A stretch of DNA of 57,861 nt from a virus (taxonomy: Duplodnaviria > Caudoviricetes). The notes beneath the pieces are model-generated. The model was not told the origin of the DNA and searched no databases. It was given only the letters and a program-made list of their open reading frames with translations. Below, one piece after another: positions 17,911-26,919 of this stretch. The stretch spans positions 1 to 57,861 of IMG/VR virus record IMGVR_UViG_3300020147_000011, one strand, 5' to 3'. The translations under genes and the position numbers were made by a program. Each line of letters starts with the position of its first letter. Position 1 is the first letter of the stretch.

Positions 17911-18333
17911 ATGCGTACCTCTGCCCGTTCAACCTCCTCCATCGTCGCTTTTCCGGCCCGCTCGCGATCCTTCGCCCGCCGGCCGCTGTCGTCGTTTGCC
18001 GGCCACGTCACCTGCCTGATGCTGTTCCGGCACGGCGAAAGCGCGACCGAGATTGAGGTTTCCGATGATGGTGACCCGGTCGGCGCCGTCTGGCTGCCGA
18101 AGGCACTGATCTCGATCGACCGCACCGACCGCGGCCGCTTCCTGGTGGTGACGCTGCCGCAGAAGATCGCCCATCAGCACCGCCTTTACACCCCGATCAT
18201 CGATCGCGCGCGCTTTACGGCGGCCGAGCGCGCCGACCTCGAGGACGCCATCATCACCGCCGCGCGGGCCCGCAAGCGGCTGAGCGGACGGGAAGACGCG
18301 CTGCCGTTTCCGGGGAGGAACGCATGGGCCTAA
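17911..18333 (+). CDS. Hypothetical early protein
   Basis: First ORF after the promoter. Confidence 0.6.
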   Translation: MRTSARSTSSIVAFPARSRSFARRPLSSFAGHVTCLMLFRHGESATEIEVSDDGDPVGAVWLPKALISIDRTDRGRFLVVTLPQKIAHQHRLYTPIIDRARFTAAERADLEDAIITAARARKRLSGREDALPFPGRNAWA

Positions 18334-18662
18334 TGCTCGCAACTGCTGTGACCGACGAGATGCGCGCAAAATGGGAAGCCGCGAGCCGGGCCCGCGAAGC
18401 GCGGCTGGAATACGGGCGCACCGTCGGCGATCTGCGGCGCCTGCTCAAGGGCGCGAGACAGGTGCAGATCGCGCTGCGCACCGGCAGCGCCGACAGTGCG
18501 AATGACGTCGTCTTCCCGGTCGTCTCGGCCGCCGCAGTTCGCATCATGTTCAAATACTACAAGGATGACGAGTTTGCCCCGTGCGAATTCGATCCCGAAG
18601 AGAAGAGCCTTTCGATCGGCACCCTTCGCGCCATTCACAAGGCGCAGGAGACCGCGTCATGA
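18333..18662 (+). CDS. Hypothetical protein
   Basis: TAATG-coupled ORF. Confidence 0.6.
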   Translation: MLATAVTDEMRAKWEAASRAREARLEYGRTVGDLRRLLKGARQVQIALRTGSADSANDVVFPVVSAAAVRIMFKYYKDDEFAPCEFDPEEKSLSIGTLRAIHKAQETAS

Positions 18663-18904
18663 TGCCCGCCGAATTCCGATGGCTGAAAGGACCGATCGTG
18701 GTGAAGCCAGCGACCTATCGCCAGCAGCTGACCGAAAGCATGGCTCGCAGCCTGGAGCAATCCGGCTGCGCCGGCGACGAGCGCGACGCGATCCGCTGGC
18801 TGATGCACGAAGGCTACGCATCGGCGGACATCCTGATGCTGCTGGATGACGTCCGCGCGCTGGCGATGCAGGAGCTGGTCGGCCGCGAGATGTCGCGGCG
18901 ATGA
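18659..18904 (+). CDS. Hypothetical protein
   Basis: ATGA-coupled ORF. Confidence 0.6.
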   Translation: MMPAEFRWLKGPIVVKPATYRQQLTESMARSLEQSGCAGDERDAIRWLMHEGYASADILMLLDDVRALAMQELVGREMSRR

Positions 18905-19479
18905 TCTCCGATCGAACTCATTCTTCCACCGCAGTAGTACAGCGTATCAGCGCGGTGGCCCCGCCCGGCTCGCTTCTCAAGCGCGGACAAGTCCAGCCCC
19001 GGACGCGCCTCGAAGTGACCGGGCGGGATCTCGATCCCGACTACCTGCGGATGGTCAGGGAATGCCCATGCCTGATGTGCGGACTGGACCCTTGTGGCGA
19101 AGCGGCCCACGTCAGATTTGCCAGCGCCGCCTACGGCAAGGCCTCCGGGCTACAGAAGAAGCCTGAGGACCGATGGGCGTTGCCCTGTTGCGGGCAGGAC
19201 CATCGCGTCGCCAGGCACGCGCAGCACAACCGAAACGAACAGGAATTCTGGGCATCGCTCGGCATTATTGCCCTGCAGACATGCGTCCGCCTCTATGCGG
19301 TCCGCGGCGACCTGGTCGCGATGCGCGCCGTGGTCATGGTGGCGATTTCAGAACGCACCGCTCCGCCGTCCTCCGTGGCCGTTCCAAACACGGCGGCATC
19401 ACCGGCTTCACCGCCGCGGCGGGCGCACCCCCCGCGCCCGTCGATCAAGCCGGAGGACGGCGGAGGCTCCTCACAATGA
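18901..19479 (+). CDS. DUF968-like zinc-binding HNH-fold protein
   Basis: YLRMVRECPCLMCG...EAAHVR...KPEDRWALPCC..DH. Confidence 0.8.
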   Translation: MISDRTHSSTAVVQRISAVAPPGSLLKRGQVQPRTRLEVTGRDLDPDYLRMVRECPCLMCGLDPCGEAAHVRFASAAYGKASGLQKKPEDRWALPCCGQDHRVARHAQHNRNEQEFWASLGIIALQTCVRLYAVRGDLVAMRAVVMVAISERTAPPSSVAVPNTAASPASPPRRAHPPRPSIKPEDGGGSSQ

Positions 19480-19760
19480 GCGGCAAGCCGAAGAGAAGCG
19501 GCCGCATTGGCGAGCGCGGCAGGCCCGGCAATCTGCGAAGGCAGGCCGCCCGCGGCGTCGCCACGCCGACCGGCGAGGTCCAGGTGGTCTGTGCTTTCGA
19601 TCCGGAGACTTTTGCCGAGATCCGCGAGATGGCCGTTCGGACCCGGACCAGCTTTCGCGCCCAGGTGCGGCTGCTGGTCGAGTTCGGCCTTGAGGACATC
19701 AAGCTGGCCGAGGCGGAGCCGGCCGAGCTGCTGATCAACTGCCAGAAGGTTGAGCGATGA
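19476..19760 (+). CDS. Ribbon-helix-helix-like DNA-binding protein
   Basis: VVCAFDPETFAEIREMA...SFRAQVRLLVEFGL. Confidence 0.6.
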   Translation: MSGKPKRSGRIGERGRPGNLRRQAARGVATPTGEVQVVCAFDPETFAEIREMAVRTRTSFRAQVRLLVEFGLEDIKLAEAEPAELLINCQKVER

Positions 19761-20272
19761 TTCAGTCGAAGATTACATCGAACGTGATACCATTCGATGC
19801 GCGCCGGTTTTGGCTGCAGCGATATCCCGTGATCGAGGAAACATTCTTCAACCGCGACCAGGCGGCGGCATACTGCCGCCTCACAGTTCCGGCCTTCTCG
19901 GCAATGGTTCGCGGAAAGCTGTTGCCCGCTCGTTTGAAAGACGGCTGGTGGAAGGATCATCTGGATGAGGCAGCGGCCAAAATCGATCCACTGCTTTTCG
20001 ACCGTAACGTTTACGGCTCGGAGGTGTACTTCATTGAGTGCGAGTGTTTTTGCAAGATCGGTTTTTCAGCCTTTCCGCCTTCAAGAATGGCCGACCTGCA
20101 GGCCGCGACACCGTTTCAACTCCGATTGCTTCACACGATCCGCGGCGACGAACGGATAGAGCAGCAGCTTCATGACCGTTTTGCCGCCCTGCGGGTCCGT
20201 GGAGAATGGTTCAACAAAGCGCCAGTGCTTCTTGCCTACATTGATTGGCTGAAGGCGAACGGTACCAAATGA
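19757..20272 (+). CDS. Xis-like HTH fused to a T5orf172-type GIY-YIG nuclease
   Basis: NRDQAAAYCRLTVPAFSAMVRGKLLP; VYFIE...KIGFS..P.SRMADLQ...E..LH.RF...R.RGEWF. Confidence 0.85.
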   Translation: MIQSKITSNVIPFDARRFWLQRYPVIEETFFNRDQAAAYCRLTVPAFSAMVRGKLLPARLKDGWWKDHLDEAAAKIDPLLFDRNVYGSEVYFIECECFCKIGFSAFPPSRMADLQAATPFQLRLLHTIRGDERIEQQLHDRFAALRVRGEWFNKAPVLLAYIDWLKANGTK

Positions 20273-20664
20273 CCAACCTTTCCGCATCAGGCATCGAGGA
20301 CGTCCCCCCCCACGTCCTAGCCGCCTTCGAGGGACACCCGCATCTGACGATGCCGCATCTCGCTAAGGTCCTGGAAATGGACAGGAAGACGCTGGACCGG
20401 CACCGGGAGGCCGATAATCTGCCCGTGCATATCAAGGGAACCGGGCTTGAGCGCCGGCACTATGTCTGTACGTTGGCCGACGTTGCCGAGTTCTACCGCC
20501 GCACGGGGCCAGCATGTCAGTATTCCGCGTCAAGGGATCGCCCTACTTCCAGTTCGATTTCCAGCTCCAAGGTCATCGCTTTTACGGGTCCACGCGGTGC
20601 ACGAATGAACGTGAGGCCCGCGAAGACGAGAAGGCCCGCCGGGCAGAGGCCGCCGTCCTCGTAA
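20269..20664 (+). CDS. Probable excisionase (HTH), overlapping the integrase start
   Basis: LTMPHLAKVLEMDRKTLDRH...LADVAEFY; 151-nt overlap with int. Confidence 0.7.
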   Translation: MTNLSASGIEDVPPHVLAAFEGHPHLTMPHLAKVLEMDRKTLDRHREADNLPVHIKGTGLERRHYVCTLADVAEFYRRTGPACQYSASRDRPTSSSISSSKVIAFTGPRGARMNVRPAKTRRPAGQRPPSS

Positions 20665-21659
20665 AGCAGGCGCTCGCCGCCGGCCGCAAGCCGATGACGT
20701 TCGGCGCCGCCTGCGATCGCTGGTGGGACCAGGTTGGCAGCCACGGCAGCGATCCCGACCTCAAGCGCGCGCTGGACTGGCTGAAGGATCAGATCGGCCA
20801 TCAGGTGGCCCTGCACACCGTCAACGACGACATGGTTTCCCGGGCCGTGGAAGCCCGCAGGAAGTGCGTCATGCGCGCCGGCCGCGATGCAAAGGGCACG
20901 CAGCTCTACCGCCCCCTCTCCGCGCGCACGGTCAACAAGACCGTACCCAGCCTGCTCCGCCGCGTTATGAACCGGGCGCGCAAGGCCTGGTCGGTCGCGA
21001 TCCTGGTCGAGCCGAACTGGAAAGAGCACTTCCTCGCCGAGCGGAAGCGGCCGGTGCGCGAGATCACGGCCGCGGAAGATGCCGCGCTCGACGGGATCGA
21101 AAGCCTTGAGTATGCCGGGCTGCGCGAGTTCGCCGAGATCATGGGCCTGCGGCGGAAGGAACTGCTGCTCACCTGGCCGCAGGTCGATTTCGACAAGGCC
21201 ACCATCAGCATCATCGGCAAGGGCGGCGTGCCGGCGATCCTGCCGCTCACGAAGCGGGCCTATCACATCCTCTGGGGCCTGCGCGGGCACGACAAGATGC
21301 ACGTCTTCACCTTCGTGGCCCAGCGCACCAGGCGCTGCCCGAAGACCAAGCGCGACTTCGTCAAGGGCCAACGCTACCCGATGACCTATTTCGGCATCGG
21401 CACCAACCGGCGCAGGAAGTGGTCCAAGGCGGGCGTGGATGCGCGGCTGCACGACACCCGCCACACGACAGGCCAGCGCGCGCTGCGCACCACGGGCAAC
21501 CTGCGGCTCGTACAGCAGCTGCTCAGGCACACCGAGATCCGGACCACCGCGAAGTTCTACACCGACACTACTATGGCGGACCTGCGGGCTGGGATGGAGG
21601 CCGTCGAACAATCAAAGCCTGCAAAGCCCGATCAACCAAAAAAGGTGACTGGCGAATGA
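20514..21659 (+). CDS. int: Tyrosine recombinase (phage integrase)
   Basis: GLRRKE, IIGKGG, LHDTRHT, LLRH..IRTTAKFY. Confidence 0.95.
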   Translation: MSVFRVKGSPYFQFDFQLQGHRFYGSTRCTNEREAREDEKARRAEAAVLVKQALAAGRKPMTFGAACDRWWDQVGSHGSDPDLKRALDWLKDQIGHQVALHTVNDDMVSRAVEARRKCVMRAGRDAKGTQLYRPLSARTVNKTVPSLLRRVMNRARKAWSVAILVEPNWKEHFLAERKRPVREITAAEDAALDGIESLEYAGLREFAEIMGLRRKELLLTWPQVDFDKATISIIGKGGVPAILPLTKRAYHILWGLRGHDKMHVFTFVAQRTRRCPKTKRDFVKGQRYPMTYFGIGTNRRRKWSKAGVDARLHDTRHTTGQRALRTTGNLRLVQQLLRHTEIRTTAKFYTDTTMADLRAGMEAVEQSKPAKPDQPKKVTGE

Positions 21660-22336
21660 GCGTTTTCAAGGTCCGGAACTCGCCCTACTATCAGTATGAC
21701 TTCCGTCGAGAAGGCCACCGCTATTCTGGATCGACCAAGTGCCTCAAACTGGCCGATGCGGAAGCCTTTGAAATCGCGCAGATCGGGTTGGTCGAGCGCC
21801 GCAATGAGTCACTGAAGCTGGCTGCGATCCTTCCGCGGCATGTCATACGCGAGCCCCTTGGCGACGGATGGCGATATTACTTCATCGTGCCGAGCAAGGC
21901 CCGCAAGGCCGGTTGTCCGGTTCGCAATGAGAGCCTTGGCACTGTCTTAGATACCGCCATAGCGCGGGCCGAGGATCACCTGCTGCCCGAGTTCGACGCA
22001 TGGCATGCGAAGCACAAAACCACGATGGGGGTGAATGGTGTCACCGAGCGGTCAGACCCTCCGCTCGTTGGGGTCTATCTGCTGTTGCTCAAAGGCAAGG
22101 TCGTCTACATCGGATCTAGCAAGAACATGCCCAGGCGCGTTAGGCAGCATCGGAACGGCAGCCGACCGTTCGACAACGCCTACTATATTGCAGCCTCGGA
22201 AAGCGAGATGAGGAGCCTGGAGGCCTCTCTGATCAAGGCGATGCTGCCGACGCAGAACACGAGCGGGATTGCGCGACGGCAAAAAGCCCCATGCCCAGCC
22301 CCAGAGTACCCCGACGCACCATCTTCAAGCCTTTGA
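21656..22336 (+). CDS. Integrase arm-binding-like domain(s) fused to a GIY-YIG nuclease
   Basis: N-terminus MSVFKVRNSPYYQYDFRREGHRYSGSTKC mirrors the integrase N-terminus; C-terminus GVYLL...VVYIGSSKNMPRRVRQH...LEASLIK...P.QN. Confidence 0.85.
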   Translation: MSVFKVRNSPYYQYDFRREGHRYSGSTKCLKLADAEAFEIAQIGLVERRNESLKLAAILPRHVIREPLGDGWRYYFIVPSKARKAGCPVRNESLGTVLDTAIARAEDHLLPEFDAWHAKHKTTMGVNGVTERSDPPLVGVYLLLLKGKVVYIGSSKNMPRRVRQHRNGSRPFDNAYYIAASESEMRSLEASLIKAMLPTQNTSGIARRQKAPCPAPEYPDAPSSSL

Positions 22337-22370
22337 TGCACTGAGTAAAAATCGCATCGTGACCCACGTC

Positions 22371-22415
22371 TTTCGATTCCGAGGGTCGGGAGTTCGAATC
22401 TCTCCGAGCGCGCCA
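22371..22415 (+). mobile_element. attP core: 3' half of a tRNA-Arg (anticodon TCG)
   Basis: TTTCGAT-TCCGA-GGGTC-GGGAG-TTCGAAT-CTCTC-CGAGCGC-G-CCA; no tRNA 5' half upstream; just downstream of the int module. Confidence 0.85.
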
Positions 22416-22597
22416 CGTCTACCCGCCTACGTTCATTGAAAACATTGAGAAAAGGCGCGGGAACAAGGCCGCTCAGCACCGGTCCGGAAGGCGAACGCAA
22501 GGGGATCAAAGGTCACCTTGTGTTGCGCTAGCGGACGGTGAGTCCCAGAAAAAGCCCCAGACTCCGCTTGCGGACCGTTGCGACCTATATACCGGCC

Positions 22598-22981
22598 ATG
22601 TCCCAAGACGACCCCGTCCGCATCATTCCCCACGCTCCGGAAGGCATCCCCGACACCGGCAGCTTCGAGGTCGTCTGGCCGGGCGGGAATCGGCACTTTT
22701 ACTGGGATGAGAATGCCGGCCGCCGGGCGATCACGCTGCACGACAGCCGGGACGAGGCGCTGGAAAAGGCCCGGGCCCTGGCGCGCGCCGAGCGCGACCG
22801 GCTGGAACACGCCTGCCCGGGATGCGACGGCACCGGCTGGGTATGCGAGGATCATCAGGACCAGCCGTGGGATGGTCCGCACGCCTGCAGTTGCGGTGCT
22901 GCCGGCGCGCCCTGCCCGCGCTGCAACTGGCCGGAAGATGGCGAGCTGCCGCGGATGCCGGACGGATTCCAGCCGGGCTGA
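22598..22981 (+). CDS. Hypothetical protein with C-terminal Cys-rich zinc finger
   Basis: CPGCDGTGWVCEDH...CSCG...CPRCN. Confidence 0.65.
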   Translation: MSQDDPVRIIPHAPEGIPDTGSFEVVWPGGNRHFYWDENAGRRAITLHDSRDEALEKARALARAERDRLEHACPGCDGTGWVCEDHQDQPWDGPHACSCGAAGAPCPRCNWPEDGELPRMPDGFQPG

Positions 22982-23498
22982 CCCGCGAAACCGCAGCTGC
23001 GTCTGGGCTAGGTTCGCTCAGTCGGCACGATCCCGATGGCAAGGACGACGACCCCGATCGCCAGCACGATCATCAACATGGCCATCAAAGCCAGATACAT
23101 GCCAGCCTGCCCTGCGGAACAAGCCTCAGCCCACCGTGGAAGCGGTGAGCTGAGGCCCGGGAGCGGAACGGTCGCTGTGAGACAACCGCGCAGCAAACGC
23201 AATCGCCGCACAGATGTTCCAAACCGGGTCGCGTTTTCTATCGGATAACATCTCGGGCTGCGGGCGCCCGGTGACGGCTTCGAGCTGGCCCCGCCGATGA
23301 TCACGCGCGCCGACGCCCGCTGAGGCCAGTACTTTCGCTTGTTCCACCGCCAAACGTGAGTCTGTAAACTTAACATTTGTTGGGGAAACAATTTCGCATC
23401 AACCTACGTTAACTTCTATCACCGCTCGGTCCTCGGCAGTCATCGGTGATGAGAACGCCGGTAGCGCTCCCGCCTTCCTCTAGCGAAAGGAGCGCGCC

Positions 23499-23726
23499 AT
23501 GACCATCACCCGGCGTCGTTTCAAACAATCCACATCGTTCCAGGATCGGCTTGCAGAGGAAGCCAAGCGCTTCAGAGAAGAGGCGGACAAGCTCCCGCAC
23601 GGCCCGCAAAAGGAACTATACCTGCGGCGCGCCCGACAATGCGAGACGGCCAGTCACATCAACGACTGGCTCACATCGCCCGGCCTACAGCCGCCAACTG
23701 GCTTGTCCAACCATGCCGACAACTAG
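23499..23726 (+). CDS. Small hypothetical protein
   Basis: AAGGAG SD; RRRFKQ..SFQDRLAEEA...WLTSPGLQPP. Confidence 0.7.
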   Translation: MTITRRRFKQSTSFQDRLAEEAKRFREEADKLPHGPQKELYLRRARQCETASHINDWLTSPGLQPPTGLSNHADN

Positions 23727-23730
23727 TCGC

Positions 23731-23916
23731 ATGGATAAATTCAAGCATATCCTCACCTTTGTGAACCGACCCGGCTTTGTCGCGCTCGACGTGGCCGATG
23801 ATGAGGCCGCGTTGGCCGTGGGCAGGATGATCGCCGAAGAGACAGGCGGCGCCGTCGTTGTTCGCGATTCGCAACTTGTTGAGATCGACACGATTCCTGC
23901 GCCGCAGAGAAACTGA
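23731..23916 (+). CDS. Small hypothetical protein (DUF6894-like)
   Basis: LDVADDEAALAVGR...VVVRD. Confidence 0.5.
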   Translation: MDKFKHILTFVNRPGFVALDVADDEAALAVGRMIAEETGGAVVVRDSQLVEIDTIPAPQRN

Positions 23917-24080
23917 GGCCGCCTGAGACGACGGCGAGCCGCCGGGGTTCGAGCCCGGGCACAAGCTCTTAAATGGTTGCCCGCGAATCCGGTTGACACG
24001 GCCGCAAAATTGCATCGCTAACTGATTCGCTTTCCAACTTTTCCCGCCCTATTTTGGACTCGGGACGTTGGGAGTTGCAT

Positions 24081-24416
24081 ATGAGTTCACCGTCAATTGT
24101 TCCAAATGACCGTTTGGACAAAGATTTTTATCTGGTCCTTGAGAATTTCAGAGCCGGCGCCGCATTCCGGGAAACCGATGAGGGCATTACCTACACCACC
24201 CTGATCGACGACCTGCTGACCGGGCAATACGACCAGGTGCTGCGGATCGTGGCCTTCAATCCCGTCGAGGGCTGGTCGCGCGACGCCTCCGAAGATGTCG
24301 CCAACGCGCTCGAGCAGCACATCGCCGCCGAAGGCCGCGAGGTCTCGGAGGCCATGCGGGATTTCATCGAAGGCCAGACCGGGCGCAAGATCGGCCAGCA
24401 GCTGGCGTTGTTCTGA
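24081..24416 (+). CDS. Hypothetical protein ending in QLALF
   Basis: GGAG SD; AFRETDE...GQY...AFNPVEGWSRDASED. Confidence 0.7.
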   Translation: MSSPSIVPNDRLDKDFYLVLENFRAGAAFRETDEGITYTTLIDDLLTGQYDQVLRIVAFNPVEGWSRDASEDVANALEQHIAAEGREVSEAMRDFIEGQTGRKIGQQLALF

Positions 24417-24721
24417 TGGGCGCCAGTTTCGCCGTGTCGCCGCTGATCCTGTCCGCGATCTGCGTGGCGGAGAGGGATGGCAATCCGCCGATGACCGCCG
24501 ACGAGATTGCCTTCATGCTCGAATTGCCGCGGGAATTTATTGACCCCGCCCTGGATCAGCTGGTCCGGAACGGCTCGATTGTGCGCGCTGGCGACCATTA
24601 TCGCTATGACAAAGACCGATCGCTCACCGCATCCGAACTGGCCGAGATCGAACTGCTCCACGACGAATTGCAGGCGATCGTTCCCCTTCTGGAAGCAATT
24701 CCGCCGCGTCTGGACAGTTGA
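24416..24721 (+). CDS. Winged-helix protein
   Basis: MTADEIAFMLELPREFIDPALDQLVRNG. Confidence 0.6.
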   Translation: MGASFAVSPLILSAICVAERDGNPPMTADEIAFMLELPREFIDPALDQLVRNGSIVRAGDHYRYDKDRSLTASELAEIELLHDELQAIVPLLEAIPPRLDS

Positions 24722-24741
24722 GGGTCAGTCAATCCCCGCTC

Positions 24742-25335
24742 ATGTTGAAGTTTGAGTATTGCAAGCCGGTCAACGCCAAGGCCGTTCCGACCGGCGACGA
24801 ATGGATTCACGAGGTCAAATACGACGGCTACCGCGGGCGCATCGTCCGCGACGGCCGTGACGTCAAGCTGCTGTCGAAAAGCGGCCTCGACTGGGCCTGG
24901 CGCTTTCCGTGGATCGTCGAGACCGCGCTGAAGATCCGGCAGAGCCAGTTCATCATCGACGGCGAGATCTGCGTGCTCGACGTCCAGGGCATCTCCGATT
25001 TCAACGCCCTGCATTCGAACAAGCACAATGACGAAGCGCAGCTTTACGCGTTCGACCTGGTATCGATCGGCGGGGAGGATCTGCGCGACGTGCCCCTGCT
25101 CGATCGCAAGGGCCGGCTGGAAAAGCTGCTACGCCGCCGCGTACAGGGAATCTTCATGGCGCCCTTCGAGCGCGGCGAGATCGGGCCGGACCTCTTCACC
25201 GCCGCCTGTCGCATGCGGCTCGAGGGCATCGTGTCAAAGCACGAGGGGCGGCGGTACCGGGCCCGCACCTGCGACTGGGTCAAGGTGAAGAACCGACAGC
25301 ACCCGGCGTTCGCCCGGGTGATGGACCAGTTCTGA
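24742..25335 (+). CDS. ATP-dependent DNA ligase, adenylation domain only
   Basis: HEVKYDGYR, IDGE, YAFDL, LEGIVSK, WVKVK; no OB domain. Confidence 0.88.
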   Translation: MLKFEYCKPVNAKAVPTGDEWIHEVKYDGYRGRIVRDGRDVKLLSKSGLDWAWRFPWIVETALKIRQSQFIIDGEICVLDVQGISDFNALHSNKHNDEAQLYAFDLVSIGGEDLRDVPLLDRKGRLEKLLRRRVQGIFMAPFERGEIGPDLFTAACRMRLEGIVSKHEGRRYRARTCDWVKVKNRQHPAFARVMDQF

Positions 25336-25370
25336 CACGGTTAACGGACCGTTCGTACACGGGAGCGGCC

Positions 25371-25604
25371 TTACTGCTGCCTTTTCTTTGAACTTATGAA
25401 GATGTGAAAGAGCGGCCGGCTTGCCTCATCCGTTACTTCGATGCTCCACTCCTGGCCGGGCCGGAACTTGCCGTCGATGTCCCTGAACAGATCCCCGGCA
25501 AAAAGGGTAGCCGCTTTCCACGCCGCTTCATCGTCGGGGAACTCCTCGCCCACGTCATCAGTGCTTGGTTCGACGTCATGGACGTTGAAAAAGTATCTCG
25601 GCAT
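25371..25604 (-). CDS. DUF6894-like small protein
   Basis: MPRYFFNVHD...DDVGEEFPDDEAAW. Confidence 0.75.
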   Translation of the reverse strand: MPRYFFNVHDVEPSTDDVGEEFPDDEAAWKAATLFAGDLFRDIDGKFRPGQEWSIEVTDEASRPLFHIFISSKKRQQ

Positions 25605-25929
25605 TGCCGCAGAAAAATGCCGGTTGGGAGCATTTGTTCCGGCGTCGGTTGGCTGCCCCCCGTAGTTCTCCGAACGGAGAATGTTAACGGCTGCACAATT
25701 CCAACCGCATGGAGGCGGACGCAGGTGGCACGGGTGTTGCTAATTACCCAATGACTGAGATTTCAGGTTCAGTCTGAGACAGGGCGCCGCCGGGACAACT
25801 CATTTCGAGCCCGGCGGCGTATCCTTTTGAAACGTTCGGGCGGGTTGGCACAAACTGGACGTGACAAAGGGACCGTCGGGAACTTCAACCTGTCAGGGAA
25901 GTTACAATCGGCAGGCATGGAGGCTCCAA

Positions 25930-26187
25930 ATGATAGTCACAATCGCTGCTGCAGCCCTCGCTGCTCAACTTGGCGCAGCTCCCGCGGGCGACACCAATAG
26001 TTTGGTGCACCAGGTTCGTCGTGGGTGGTGCAGCCACGGTTATGACATCGACATCCATGGACGTTGCTATCCCAACGGCGTCATTCCTCCTCAGTATCAA
26101 GCCGGGCGACAATACCGCGGATACGGCGCCTACGGACGATACAGGGGGCGGTATCAGGACCATCCAAGGTTCTATCGTCGCTACTAG
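25930..26187 (+). CDS. Small secreted Arg/Gly/Tyr-rich protein
   Basis: GGAGG SD, signal peptide, C..GY.....GRC.PN. Confidence 0.65.
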   Translation: MIVTIAAAALAAQLGAAPAGDTNSLVHQVRRGWCSHGYDIDIHGRCYPNGVIPPQYQAGRQYRGYGAYGRYRGRYQDHPRFYRRY

Positions 26188-26205
26188 GACCTCAAACCAC
26201 AACAG

Positions 26206-26236
26206 AAGGCCCGCCAGCGTGAACCGGCGGGCCTTG
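26206..26236. terminator. Hairpin terminator
   Basis: AAGGCCCGCC...GGCGGGCCTT. Confidence 0.6.
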
Positions 26237-26919
26237 TTCGAGACATCCGGTGAAGTCTACGCCATCCCGTGCAGCCGGAAATAGCTCAGCGCCACTTGGT
26301 AGGAAATGATCGCCTGCTGTCCGTAGGTAAGCCGCGCCTTGTCGTAGATCGCCGCGGCGGCGGCCGGTTAGACACCCTGCCTCAAGACTTATCCTGGTCG
26401 CAGATTGGCCGCGGCCTCGTCTGTAGGGAGCCGGCATCAAAGGTTCTGTGCACGTCGTGCCAAACTGGCATGACAGAGCTGCTGCTGCCGAGCGATTCAC
26501 CCGCCATTGGAAAACATGAGAACTCAGCTTTGAAAATGACTGCCGCGCGACCTTTCTGAAACGGCTGCCCGTCGTCTTCTGGAGCACGCCCACGCCTTCG
26601 AACCCATTCAGGATGGGCTGGATCTATATCGAGAAGCTCAATGGCCCTTCCTGTTCCGCGACAAAGGCACGCTCGCGGAGCACAGCGCCGGCGAAAAGCT
26701 CGCCATTGAACGAGGCTGGTGGAAATTCATGACAGCGGGACTTTCGAACAATTCACCGCCGCCGGCGCGGATGTAATCGCTTGAGGCTTTGAACCTTCTC
26801 CAGCCCGGCAAGCCATATAGTTGAGGTCCCCCAAGCCCTCGCAAGCCCATCAGAAAGCTCCGTCCCTCCTAAGGCGGGGCTTTCGCTGGCCGCGATGACC
26901 GCCGCGCCACCGCTCATGC

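Noticed and set aside
22371-22415. Functional tRNA gene
   Set aside because: The 5' half (acceptor 5' strand and D-arm) is missing
26240-26600. Possible gene (AIYDKARLTYGQQAIISYQVALSYFRLHGMA* fragment on the minus strand)
   Set aside because: No start or continuous frame; at best an unidentifiable remnant
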